DNA of 63,969 nucleotides, counting the filler, from Rhabdomonas costata (taxonomy: Eukaryota): NCBI GenBank assembly GCA_019059605.1. It is 46 parts of 46 records of this genome, joined end to end, with 100 filler letters (N's around TTAATTAATTAA, not from the genome) between each part and the next. Parts side by side here need not be neighbours in the genome. Positions count along the whole stretch, not along the records: positions 36,217 to 37,509 come from JAHMHO010020389.1; positions 37,610 to 38,903 come from JAHMHO010020390.1; positions 39,004 to 40,296 come from JAHMHO010020391.1; positions 40,397 to 41,689 come from JAHMHO010020392.1; positions 41,790 to 43,082 come from JAHMHO010020393.1; positions 43,183 to 44,475 come from JAHMHO010020394.1; positions 44,576 to 45,868 come from JAHMHO010020395.1; positions 45,969 to 47,258 come from JAHMHO010020396.1; 38 more parts are not named here. One strand, 5' to 3'. This document shows, piece after piece, positions 36,273 to 47,867 of this stretch. The notes beneath the pieces were generated by a model. The model was not told the DNA's origin. It worked only from the letters and a program-made list of their open reading frames with translations, and made no database searches. The translations under genes and the position numbers were made by a program. Position 1 is the stretch's first letter, and every line of letters starts with the position of its first letter.

Positions 36273-37223
36273 GTCCTCCCATGTGGAACCCTTGGACCCC
36301 TCGCTGATGCCGGGCGAGGGGGACGGGGGTGCTCCTGTGGTTTTCCCCACAGCTCGCAGCTCCGTGGACAACTACATGGCCGCCTACCGCCTTCCGGAGT
36401 TTCTGCAGGCCATCACAGAGGAGCTTACCCACAAGCAGCCCGAGAATCCCTACGGGGTATGTGGAAATTTGTTTGTGCGAGCGATGTGTGAGACCAGTGC
36501 TTTTGCCTGGGGATAGCTGCGATTCCCCTGTTTGTGCACATCGTGTGACGACTGATATACTCCCGCTGGGGTGGAGAAGTGCAAGTGGGAAGACATTCCC
36601 CCGGCATCAGCACCACCTTTTCAGGGTGGATGGATGAAGGCCGCTTTATGAGCACGACTCTTGACAGTTGGTACCTGGCCCCTGCTAGAATGGAAGGCTT
36701 GCGGATTGGTTAGAGGTTATGAGCATGCACATCCCCGAAATCCAAGGAAGCACCGACCCGAGGATTCTGGAGTCAGCATCTTTTCAAAGGATGTGGGTGA
36801 CTTACTTGTCGTTAAATGGATCAATGGAGTGGCTGATTAAGAACTAACGATAACTATAACTAATCCATACGGGTCTTCAAAGGGGGCACGCGGCGCGCAC
36901 ACCTCCCGCCGCTGAATACCTTACATCGGATTCTCTGCATAATTTTCGTAACGGAGAAACGTGCTCTATGTGTTTCTTCTTCTTCTTCTTTTTTCTTTTT
37001 GCTTGTGTTAAGCTTTCTGTGTTTTTGTACCACAGGTCATCCAGGAACGAGCCAAGATTTTCGCCCAGGCTTTGGCTGAGGCTCCCCCGGGCGCTGTCAC
37101 AAGCCCAGCCAGTGTCGGGTCCAGCCCAGGGATGCCCTCTGGTCGACCCCGAACACCCTTGCGGTGCTCAGTGGAAAAGATCCCTTCGCTGAATGTGGTG
37201 ATTCTGATCGTGGGCTCCCGTGG
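36273..37223 (+). CDS. Sterol 3-beta-glucosyltransferase-like (UGT80/ATG26) N-terminus preceded by a D/D docking-like domain, exons 36273-36456 and 37036-37223
   Basis: YMAAYRLPEFLQAITEELTHKQPENPYG|VIQERA...IPSLNVVILIVGSRG; the latter is the start of the GT1 IVGSRGDVQP motif. Confidence 0.75.
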
Positions 37224-39622
37224 GTATTCCTCTGCGCCGGAAGTCTTGAAGGATTGCTTTTTTATCGGAGTTGGTGAAACTCTACCTTCTGTGGGTTCCG
37301 TTTGGGTGTGCCGTTTGCCTTTCCCGGTTTTGTCACTGCCGCTTATATGCCATCATCATGGTAAGAATGTTGAAATCTTTTTCCAATGATGTCATCACAG
37401 CACTGCGGCACAGGCACAGGAGTTCGTGAAGAGGCCGGGGTGCAACACCAAAAACAAACAATTTTGCAAGAAGGAACGCATCATGGTAAAAATGAATTCC
37501 ACTAGTTGCNNNNNNNNNNNNNNNNNNNNNNNNNNNNNNNNNNNNNNNNNNNNTTAATTAATTAANNNNNNNNNNNNNNNNNNNNNNNNNNNNNNNNNNN
37601 NNNNNNNNNCATCGAGCATCGCAAGAAATCAAAGCCCTAATACTACGGCCAACGGGAAGCCAAAGTACTCGCAGACACACCAGGGCAAAGAGTCAGTGAG
37701 GCAACCTCGAGGTACCGGAGGCTCAGCGGAAGAGGGCAGGAATAGCCCGCAACGTAGCTATAGAGCGATGTGCTGGCACGGCGACGCCGGTGCTGCCCGT
37801 TCACTCATCCGAAAGAAAAGCTCCAAGGGGCGTTCCCGCGAGAAAAGTCCCCAATCCCCCAAGGAAGGAGTGTGGAGTCGCAAAGACCTGAGCCGCAATG
37901 GAGCAATGCAGGTAGCCGCTGGAAAAAAGCAGCTGCGCGACGATGGCCGGGACCTGTGGGGCTGAAGGGAGGTTACCAAATGTGGAACATTCGGCGGTGA
38001 GCCGGTTTCGTTTCCCCACGACCTCTCGCGAGCACCCGTGGCCAACAGCGCGTGCGCCAGTCAGTCCAGAGTGGTCACCAACAACCAAGCAACCAGTCAA
38101 CCAGGCAACAGCCAGCGCATAATGCGCCCAACACACACGTGAAGGAGAGCGATGATGGAAAGAAAAGAAATGCTGCCCCTAACTGAAGACGCGCGCAGCC
38201 TGAGTGCTGGCACAGAGGGTCCTATAGCACTGCTGTCAGACGTGGGGTGCCGAAAAGTTCGTGGGGTTCGAATATCGAAAAGGTCGGGAAGGGGGCTTCG
38301 CTCTGCGAGGAAATCATGGAGTCCTTCAGGTTCGGCAAAAATTGTCGAAGCATGTAAATGTTTTCAGAATAGCTGCCAAAGTTCCTTCTTTACGGCAGAT
38401 CTGTGAAAACAGTCAGTGGCGAAAAACGGAGAGAGAAAGAGGAAAAATCAAAGAAGAAGACCTGCGGACAAAAGAGAAAGGGGTGCATCGAGTGGGAAAG
38501 TGGGAAATGGAGAGAGGTGAGGATTGGGTGATCTCTCTGGAGGGGAAGGAGGGTTGTCTACAATGAGCAAATTGTTTTCCCAAGAAAAAGCAGAATACCA
38601 GCAAAGTTTAGTCAGGATACCAAACAAAACAATAATTACAGTCATTAATGAGGAAAAATTCCAGTGAACAAAAGACATAAAAACCATGCGATGATGACAA
38701 ATAAAAGAAAAATCGGGGTGCACTTTCTCACCAATATGTTCTTCATGCAAATGCAGAGTGGTTGGAGACTCGCGCTACCATCCATGGGCTGCTTCCCTAC
38801 CCATTGCACCCTCTATTCTTGCTGTAATTTATTGCCTGGCGACAACAAAAGATGAAAAAAGCGACACGTGAGGAAGGGCCCCCACTGTGGCCCCCACACA
38901 AACNNNNNNNNNNNNNNNNNNNNNNNNNNNNNNNNNNNNNNNNNNNNTTAATTAATTAANNNNNNNNNNNNNNNNNNNNNNNNNNNNNNNNNNNNNNNNN
39001 NNNGGGGGGGGGTGGTCCGGGACTTGCTCCCGGGACCACAGCGCCCTCCACCGGGCACCACAGCAGTAGCAAATAAAGTGGCTCACTCCCTAAGAGCAGG
39101 GCACACAGAGGAGCACACTAAGAACGCCACAAGGAGGGCGGAAGTGGATACAGGGAAAATCCGGCTGGTGGCAGTACGTCCGTCCAAGGGCTTGTTAAAC
39201 CCATGGGCCCGTCAGGAACTCCAAGAAGACAAAATTTGCGGGTTTGTTCATTATTCAGCTTCGCAGTAAAAACACCACAAATAAGAAACACACAAACCCA
39301 AATCACACCCCGAGCGAACAAGAGAAGAGTACCGCAATGTAATGCTTTGATCAGTGAACTCCGGAGCTCGAAGAGTAATACTACCTGGACTAGCGGCGCT
39401 ATGAGACCCATAGGGCCATAAGAATGGCCAGCAGAAAAGTAACTAGCATTTACCTTCTTCACTCGGAGGCGCCGCCAGTACTGCCGGTGCAAGCATGGCA
39501 ACTGCTCTAGTCCCAAAAGAGGGGGGCTCGCTTCGATGGTCACGGTGGCTTGCTTTGGCCGGGCAAACGAAGCGCGCACACAGCGGGAGGCAGAACTAGA
39601 GTGGGTTGCACTTCTGTCATAA

Positions 39623-39947
39623 GGGTAAGTTACATCCGGAAACTCAAAAAATGGTATGTGACGATTCGAAGTCTATTCAAAGTCTTTTAGCCTTTTTGTA
39701 GAGGAATTATGTGATCACCCGGAAAGCTTTCTTGCTGGTTGACCCAAAAAGCGGTTCGGTATGGAGTGCTCCGAAGAGACTACTGCGCAGAAGGCACGAT
39801 TTCTTTTCGGGGGACTCCGTGTTTGTGTTGATCTTTGAAGTGAATTGTGAGTTCTGTGAGGGGATGTTTGGGAAGAAGCAGGTAAAGGTACGATTTAAAC
39901 CCAGCCATGTGGTATATTGCAGTTCTGTGTTCACAGTTAACGTACTC
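39623..39947 (+). mobile_element. Dispersed ~325-bp TIR element (copy 2)
   Basis: Shares ggtaagttaca..gaaactca..aaatggtatgtgacg, gaagag..tactgcgc, ttgatcttt and cagccatgtggtat..gcagttctg..taacgtact with 23722-24053. Confidence 0.7.
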
Positions 39948-41789
39948 AAGTTAGTTTCCAAGAAGAAGCAGAGCAAAGATTAGAATTGACCTTTGCTCGG
40001 AGGTGTGCGACCCAATTGGAAGGCGCCCAGCATCGAACAGAGGACCGTCAGAAAGGCGAAGGGATCGAAGGGGTTCGAAGCCTGCCGCTGGCCCCGAAGG
40101 ATGGAGAATGACTGGCTGCGGCTTTTCTGCGGTCGAAAGGGAAATCACCCGTGTCTCGTGTCTCAACTGAAGAGAAAACTCTCGTGTCTCAACTGAACCA
40201 CACACAACTTCACCCCCAGTGTCGTTCGCCCCCAGGCAAACACCATAATTCCAAGATTACGGTTTTCCAACAACTGAAGTGCCTACCAACCCCACCNNNN
40301 NNNNNNNNNNNNNNNNNNNNNNNNNNNNNNNNNNNNNNNNTTAATTAATTAANNNNNNNNNNNNNNNNNNNNNNNNNNNNNNNNNNNNNNNNNNNNTTGT
40401 GTTGTGACTGACGACGTCCCCTTTTGCTCTCGAGTTTCCACTCAAATGCGCGCGCAAGCGAAAGCAAGAGAGCAAAAGGGGACGTCGTCAGTCACAAGAA
40501 ACCTGCACATAACAACAGCAGCAAAGTGTGTCATGAACAGTTGGTTTCTGTCCCCTGTCCACACACAAGAACTACACTTTTATGATTGGTGGTTTCTCTT
40601 GGAATTCCCTTGTAAAAATGTGTTTGACGTTTCGAGGTTTGCTTTTTTTCATTCAGCTGATCGTCACGTGGCACTGCTCTGTGTGGGAAGCTGCATAAAC
40701 GTCCAGCTGTGTCGGCGCCGCCGTGGCCACCAAAGTTCAGCTCCTACTCTTTCATGTTCAACTTTGAGACAGTGGATGGGACAGCTGACTTTCCGTTGCA
40801 GTTGGGTCCCTTGTGCTTTTATTTTCGAGAGCTTTACTCGCGATGCTAGGGCTGTGAATGCCCAAGTGATAGTCGTCTCCGAGTACTTGTCTGCCACCAA
40901 AACTGGACGAGATTCGCCAAGAGAGAAGGCGCGGTAAGCCAACAGGGCATGGGGCGGTTATATACATCAGGTGAACTTCGGGCACATTTAACAAGCAAAA
41001 AAAAGCAATGCGACGATTCGGGAGAGACACCAATAACTTGCAAAAGCCAAGACAAACCAAAACAGACCTCGCGGCTTGGTCCACAAAGACAAAGGATGAG
41101 CTACAACATCTTCCGAAACGTTGCGCACGGCGGACAAAGGATACTGTACATTTCATGTCGTTTCTTTGCTGAAGATTGAATTGGAAAGGTTTTCTTACCC
41201 ACTTGTGTCTTCGGCAGACCCGCTTTCATTTCCGTCTTTCCTTTCGTCTTTTCCCCTTCTCCCCGCTTTTGTTGTGAGTTGTCGTCGCTGTCCTGGCTTC
41301 CCTGTGACATGGCGATCGCCCAAACCTTTTCTATGGCCCTGGGGCGTGAGCTCAGCGTGGAGGAGGCGGACCTAAAAAAGTTCAAGGTTTGGTTCTGTCC
41401 CGATTAGAACTTCACAGTGAAGGGAAAGGCAAAAAAAAATGGAGCAGGGGCTTGCACCTGCTCTCTCGCTATATTTTTTGCTGGTGCGGTGTTTTGTCCA
41501 TTCCACGTCAAAAGTGACAACAAAAAGTGTGCTCTAAATCACTGGAAGCGTTCTCAGAAAAAATTTCTTGCGCCGCACCCAATTCCATCGTGGTTGCTCT
41601 CGAGTTTCCACTCAAATGCGCGCGCAAGCGAAAGCAAGAGAGCAAAAGGGGACGTCGTCAGTCACAAGAAACCTGCACATAACCACAACNNNNNNNNNNN
41701 NNNNNNNNNNNNNNNNNNNNNNNNNNNNNNNNNTTAATTAATTAANNNNNNNNNNNNNNNNNNNNNNNNNNNNNNNNNNNNNNNNNNNN

Positions 41790-43082
41790 TTTGTTTGGTA
41801 AGAGATCTTTGTACTCCTCTTCGATCCTGAGCACCTGTGGGGTAATTGGAGCTGTCTGAACTGGAGGGACACAGGTCGCTGGATCAATATTCCTGATCAG
41901 CTCCTGAACGTCTTTGCGCGCAGACAGCTTCTTCCGCTTCCACATCTTCATTTCGGTGTCGGCGTCGAGCAGCGCACGCCTGTCCCGATCAGAAGGTTCC
42001 ACATCTTACAGACTGTGGAGTCAAGACATGGGGGAGAGCGGCTCCTCCATTGATCTGGGTGGGATTTCCGCAGGTGGTCTGGGTGCTGGATGCGAAGGCA
42101 GTGGCGGAGCAGCCGCCTTGCGCTCCCAAAAGGTTAGCTAATATCTCGATTGTGGCAACACAAAATTGCTTGAAATGGCAACCTGTGATATACAAGGAAA
42201 AGCATTTTCCAATTTCGAACCGGCCGAATTGGAAGATGCCGCACGCCGTACGTCCAACTGCAGTGTGACGTCGGCTTTGGGTCGATCACTTCTGGGTTGG
42301 CTGCTCTGAAACACCAAGAGAGGCGTGGGGAACCGAAACCAAAAAACTCCAGAGGATCCGAACACACCTTTACCTCGCACAACGCGCAGGTGTGGTGTCG
42401 CACTGTACCCCAACAGGAATTGCGCCACCTGATCACCCTTCTTGACGTGGTAGTCCCTACTTCCCTGGTTGAACAGCAAGATGTTCACATTACCTCGGTA
42501 GCAGGGATCAATTACTCCAGCTCCAACTGAGATGTGGTGCTTCCAGGCCAAACCACTGCGCGGGGCAATGCGTCGATACATGCCGGTAGGTATGGCAAAG
42601 GCCAAGTCTGTGGGAATAAGCGCATTGTCTCCAGCTGCAATGACCACATATTCTGCACTGGAAATGTCAAAAACTGCTGCAAGTGGGGTGATTTGGCGCT
42701 GCAAACAGCTTTGCTGCGGACGCATTTCACCAGCAGAGGTTCCACCTCTGAAACCGAAACCTTCTCCGGAGCAGCCGGATGAGTTCCGAGCACGAGAGTG
42801 GCTGACTCAGGCTCCACGACCCGTTCCTGAGCGGCAGTATTGTGCGTGGGCACAACGGCATTCAGTTGCTGGTTATGCACCTCTTCAGAAGGAGGCAGGG
42901 AGGGTGGGATGGATGGTACTGAACTCCTGATTGCTTTCGCACGAACACCAGTAAGCTTCTTTCCCATCCTAATATGCACTGTTCTCTCAACCAAGTTAAT
43001 CAAAGAGTTGAACTGATGAATGAAACGATAGCACAACACAACTGGAAGAGGAGTTTCAATCACACGCAAGAAACCCCACAAA
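41790..43082 (-). mobile_element. Decayed LTR-retroelement pol fragment: protease tail, trimeric dUTPase (~42735-42350), probable pre-RT linker
   Basis: dUTPase motifs FDI, RIAPRSG, GAGVIDPCYRGNV, GDQVAQ, RGKGVFGSSG. Upstream LPVVLCYRFIHQFNSLINL resembles a retropepsin C-terminus; downstream EEYKDLLP resembles the gypsy RT lead-in. Frameshifted. Confidence 0.75.
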
Positions 43083-43182
43083 NNNNNNNNNNNNNNNNNN
43101 NNNNNNNNNNNNNNNNNNNNNNNNNNTTAATTAATTAANNNNNNNNNNNNNNNNNNNNNNNNNNNNNNNNNNNNNNNNNNNN

Positions 43183-44267
43183 GGTTTTTTTTCTTTAAGA
43201 TAGTAAGTAATCCAACCTCGCACGGTGTGGAAGGGAAGCTTAGAGACATCCACGTTGGCCAGCAGCACGGCAAGCACGGATGGAGAGCAGCGGGGAACTG
43301 GGATAAGGCAAGTCACCGCCTCGGGGGCATTCATGGGAATGAAGGACTTCACTACAGAGTGGCCATCAACGGTGCAGAAGAAGAAGTCGTCACCAATGTT
43401 TGTATTGGCAAGGCCACGGCTCTGAACAAAATCCATGACATATTTTTTGAAGTCAGCACTATGGAAGAATCCTTCGATGACGTCGCGATGAAACCCGCGG
43501 TCCTCGGGTGCAAGGGAGGGTAGGACGTCATCTTGGAACCGAAGCGTGACCTCGCGAAGGCTGACGATCGTCACGTCCTCCAGTACGCATCCAAGCGCCC
43601 GCTCCAGAACCAGCACAAATCCTCGGCTTAGCGGGGGCTCCACCCGGAACTGGCACCCAGGACGAAACAGCACCTCCGCCTCGTGGGCATACCGCGAGAA
43701 CGCCGAGATGTCCCTGCCGGTGCTGGACTCCACTACAAAAAGGGTCCCCCGAGGTCTCACCGACGTGCCCAGGAAGGAGCGCGCCACTTGGGGATCCGAA
43801 GAGGTCGAGCTCGGCGACGGCCATGTCAAAATCATCCCTGGGGTGAACATCGAGGTGGGCAGCCGGGCCCTCACCCCCCGGAACACCGTCCCCACAAAGG
43901 GGGGTAATGCCCGCAACTCCCGGTCCAAATTCCCCACGAACAGGCGGGCGCGGGCAACGTACTCATCCTCACAAGAGGGGAGGTGGATGTTGCGGCATAG
44001 GAAATTGCAGCGGTGGTACACTGGGCTTTCGAGGGTGTAGCATGTCGCAAAGGGGTGGGCAGGGACGGTGTCATCCTGGGGCCGATGGGCGGAGGCGATC
44101 CGAACCAAGTCGGCGGCGCTAAGTGTCTGAAAGAGTGCTCTCGGGTTGGATAGCAGCTGAGGGGTGAGGCTTTCGGCCTTAGGACATGCTCGAAGGTGGA
44201 CCTCCGGAGAATCATCGGTGGTTCCGTCACAGACTGTGCATAGCAGGTAGTTCGTCAGCCTTACCAT
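43183..44267 (-). CDS. R-S-E clade NAD:arginine-type ADP-ribosyltransferase with N-terminal CxxC...HxxxC motif (3' truncated, no introns)
   Basis: YTLESPVYHRCN, LPPFVGTVFRGV (R), WPSPSSTS (S), GTLFVV..GRDISAFSRYAHEAEVLFRPGCQFRV (ExE). Confidence 0.92.
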
Positions 44268-45968
44268 CTCACCTTAAAAAGGGTAACGAGGGAGAGAGAT
44301 GCCTCACCTGGGTGAGGAAAATTGCTCGGGAGACCAAGACGGCGGTACCACCTTGGCAGTAAAGGGTGGAGAATGCACTTCAGTGATCCTGAAACTGCAG
44401 TGGTTTGCAACAGTGCGAGGCTGAAACTCGATCCCCCCCCCCCGTGAACCACAACGGAGCTCAGTCAGGAGGAGANNNNNNNNNNNNNNNNNNNNNNNNN
44501 NNNNNNNNNNNNNNNNNNNTTAATTAATTAANNNNNNNNNNNNNNNNNNNNNNNNNNNNNNNNNNNNNNNNNNNNGTGTTTGTGTTGAGACGGTTTCATT
44601 GGAATCGATCAGGGCGGGTAGAATGCAACCCTTCAACTCTGCCACACCTACTTCATAGCATAGGTACTAGCAATCTGGGGAGCGGCTGCTCCTCCTGATG
44701 CAGTTGTAGGGAAAATCCTGGGGGTGCCCTTAAAGAGAAGATGGGGAATGCTAAAAGAAAAGAATTGCCGTCATTGCCTCCATTCCCTGTTTGACCTGTG
44801 GGATGGGTTTCAGGTCCCTGCCGGCTTGGCAGACGACGATGACGACGATGATGATGACAAGGAGGATCTTTGAGCAGACCTGAAACTCTCATCCGAGAAT
44901 GTTGGATGGAGGTGGAAAGCCACCTCTTCTCCCCCTCTCCTTCCCCGGACTCTTCCTTCTCAAACAATCACAATACTTTGTGCGCGTGTGCGTGTGCGTT
45001 TGACGGCCGTCTGTGTGGTGAGTGTTATGAGGCCGCATTGCTTCAACAGTGAGCTCACCGCGAGACCGATGCCCCGCGACCTGCGAGGGTTTGGATTCCT
45101 GGTTCAGCGGATGGGCTTTCTCTCTCTTTCTTTCTCGCATGACTTGTGTTTCTGTGGCCTTAACCACAGCCGTTGCACAAAGACTTTCGTGGAGACACTT
45201 AGTGTTGCACAGCATTTCAATTCTCCTATTGGGGGCGGAAACAAAGCCAGGACAATTGGCACTTGTAATGTTTCTCCGCATCGGAAACTTGACATCCCGA
45301 CTTTGCACATCTCTTATCAAATTCGGGTAGGACCATTTTGCTAACCAACATTAAAAAAAATATGGGCGTTTGCCAATTCCATGTGGAAAACGTTGTCTCA
45401 AAATGGCTAGGCTTCTCTTATTTTTGTAGTGTGACGATGGGGCCCCGATTTTGCGCCTGGGCTTTTGGTGCCTGAGCTTGTTGGCCGCCACGTTACGTCG
45501 ACATGCCGTGCTGCTTTCTTTGTGTGGTGGTTTGCGGTAGGTGTAAGGTATGAATGCGGAAGAATCAATGACGCACTGACGGTAGAAGGGTGCAAGCGTT
45601 GACGTTTTTCTTCTGATTGTGGCCTTTTGCAATTGATTACGGGTTAGGTTACGTCATCATTTTTCTTCCCGCGGCTTTTGGCAAGAGCTCGCGATCCACG
45701 CCAGCAGCATCACGCAGCTTTCGGGCTTCCGCCAAAAAGAACCACAACCACATCGAAAACGGGCGGATCAGGAAAGCAAGAACATGGGACCCCAGCACGT
45801 GCCTTGAAGCCTGGGAGCGATCCACCCAGACGGGGAAATTACTGTGGAATTTTCTCCACCACCCCCCCNNNNNNNNNNNNNNNNNNNNNNNNNNNNNNNN
45901 NNNNNNNNNNNNTTAATTAATTAANNNNNNNNNNNNNNNNNNNNNNNNNNNNNNNNNNNNNNNNNNNN

Positions 45969-47128
45969 TTGGTCACCTGGCGGGTGATGTTGTGGGTGAT
46001 CGTGCGCTGCACAACCTTCTCCACTGAGCAGAAAAGGAGAAGTAATGAGGACATTCACAACGCCAAAAGAAGCACATCAGACGCGTAGCCCCTCGTGGGG
46101 AATGCCGCTAAGAGCCAAAGACGGTTCACCATAAGCAAACCACGTACGGCAACAGCAATGAACAGCAACCTACCGAAACTCCATTAACTTCAACTAATAC
46201 ACATAAACACACGCATACCGGGGTAGGGGACCTGGCGATCCACAACCTTCTCCACGGTGTACGGCACCCTAACCTAAAGCAAGGGGAAATGCGGTACATA
46301 CCCCGAAGTACTCCACAACCCACTGGCAGGGGCTTTCTGAAACGAAAGGAAGGAAGCGAAGTGAAAAAAAAAGGCCGGGAGCGGGGGGAGTGTTCGCCAC
46401 GCACCTCGTACTGCTGAGTCACAACCGTCTCCCGGGGTACCGTGCGCTGCACCACGCGGTCCACCGTCACGGGCACCTGCCGCGTCACCTCCTTCACCAC
46501 GGGGTACGTCTCGTTGATCACCACCTCACGGGTGAAGGGCTGCGGCACCGGGATGGTCTGCACGCACTGAAGTGGAAGTGAAGAAAAAAAAAGGAAAAAG
46601 ACAGGAAAAAACACTCAGCGTCTAAACCAAGGTAGGGTATCCCGCAAACCGGAAAACAAAGCAACGAACACAAAACTACCTCACTGGGAGGGAACCCAAC
46701 CGCACTTCCGCGGCAAAAAGGTGCACATGCCTTCTTCTGAACAGGCACGGGCACCTCCACGTCCCTCGTCACAATCTGCTCCACGGGCACAGGGCAGGTC
46801 TGAGTCACCACCTGCTCCACGGGGTACGGCACGTTGACGTGCTGCACACGCTCCACGGGCACCTGCGGAGGAAGTGCAAACCAGCAACCCCCCCAGGCAG
46901 GCCCGCAAGCAGCTGCAAAACCTTAGCTAGGCCATGTGGACTCACCACACCTCTCCCTCTCACAACACACACAGACCACACAGACCTGCACTTGGCGGGT
47001 CACGGTCTGCGTCACGTGGTGCGGCACGGTCACCGTGCTCTGCACAACGCGCTCCACGGGCACGGGCACCTGCCGAGTCACGACCTTCTCCACGGGCACA
47101 ATGCGCTCCCGCTCGATCACCCCCACAA
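45969..47128 (-). CDS. Articulin/epiplasmin-type VPV-repeat cytoskeletal protein, exons 47128-46986, 46862-46731, 46566-46405, 46273-46219, 46023-45969
   Basis: About 12-residue repeats such as VPVEKVVTRQVPVPVERVV and VPYPVEQVVTQ; all four junctions are phase-compatible. Confidence 0.92.
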
Positions 47129-47680
47129 CTGCACAAAAACGTGAAAAGAAAAGGTAAAAACGCATGGACTGAACAGCGCGAAAGACTCTGGGGGGTGTCG
47201 TGTGAACTGCGCGCAAGAGGTGCATAGGATATGGGAGTTCCTTTTGCAATAACGAGGGNNNNNNNNNNNNNNNNNNNNNNNNNNNNNNNNNNNNNNNNNN
47301 NNTTAATTAATTAANNNNNNNNNNNNNNNNNNNNNNNNNNNNNNNNNNNNNNNNNNNNGGTTGGTTGGTTAACAAAAAAAGCAGAGCTTCCGGCAGAAGA
47401 GCTTGACACTCCCTGCCCGGGGTGTTTCTTCCCATGAACAAATAAAACATTTGTCCGAGTCAGTGAAAGGGTGCTATTCCGCACCAATGCACTACCACAG
47501 GGCACGGCAGGTTCACCCCAGGCTGTGGGCCAACCACTCCATTCCGGAGTTTCTGAAGTCAAGGGTGTCCGCAAAAGCTTTCAATCCCATCATCTGGGAA
47601 CCCACTGCTGTTTGCAAGCGTGTAGCTGAGCTGAACTTCTGATGAACGCTCTCAAACCATACAGCACAACAGGGACGTGC

Positions 47681-47867
47681 CTTTTCGGGCTTCTCATCGC
47701 GGGCGCGCAGCTGGGCCTTCTGGCCCGCTGTCAGCATCTTGAACACCTCCACAAACTCCTCGTAGGCCACGTCTTCCTTCTCGGCCCCATCCACCGTGCA
47801 CCGGCTGCGGATCGCCTCCAGAGCATCGAAGACCACGGCGTCGGGCAGTTGGGGTCCTCCCGCCAGG
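47681..47867 (-). CDS. Exon of a protein with a degenerate EF-hand-like motif
   Basis: CAG|...VDGAEKEDVAYEEFVEVFKML...EKPEK|GCACGT; GC-rich codons. Confidence 0.55.

Noticed and set aside
37610..38903. Possible LTR/PBS (minus strand CA-TT-TGGTAACC near 37980)
   Set aside because: No recognisable tRNA complement, second LTR or gag motif.
40404..41683. Hairpin plus ~88-bp direct repeat, suggesting a circle
   Set aside because: Both ends carry primer remnants and the repeat lies inside a fold-back; cannot be told apart from a chimera.
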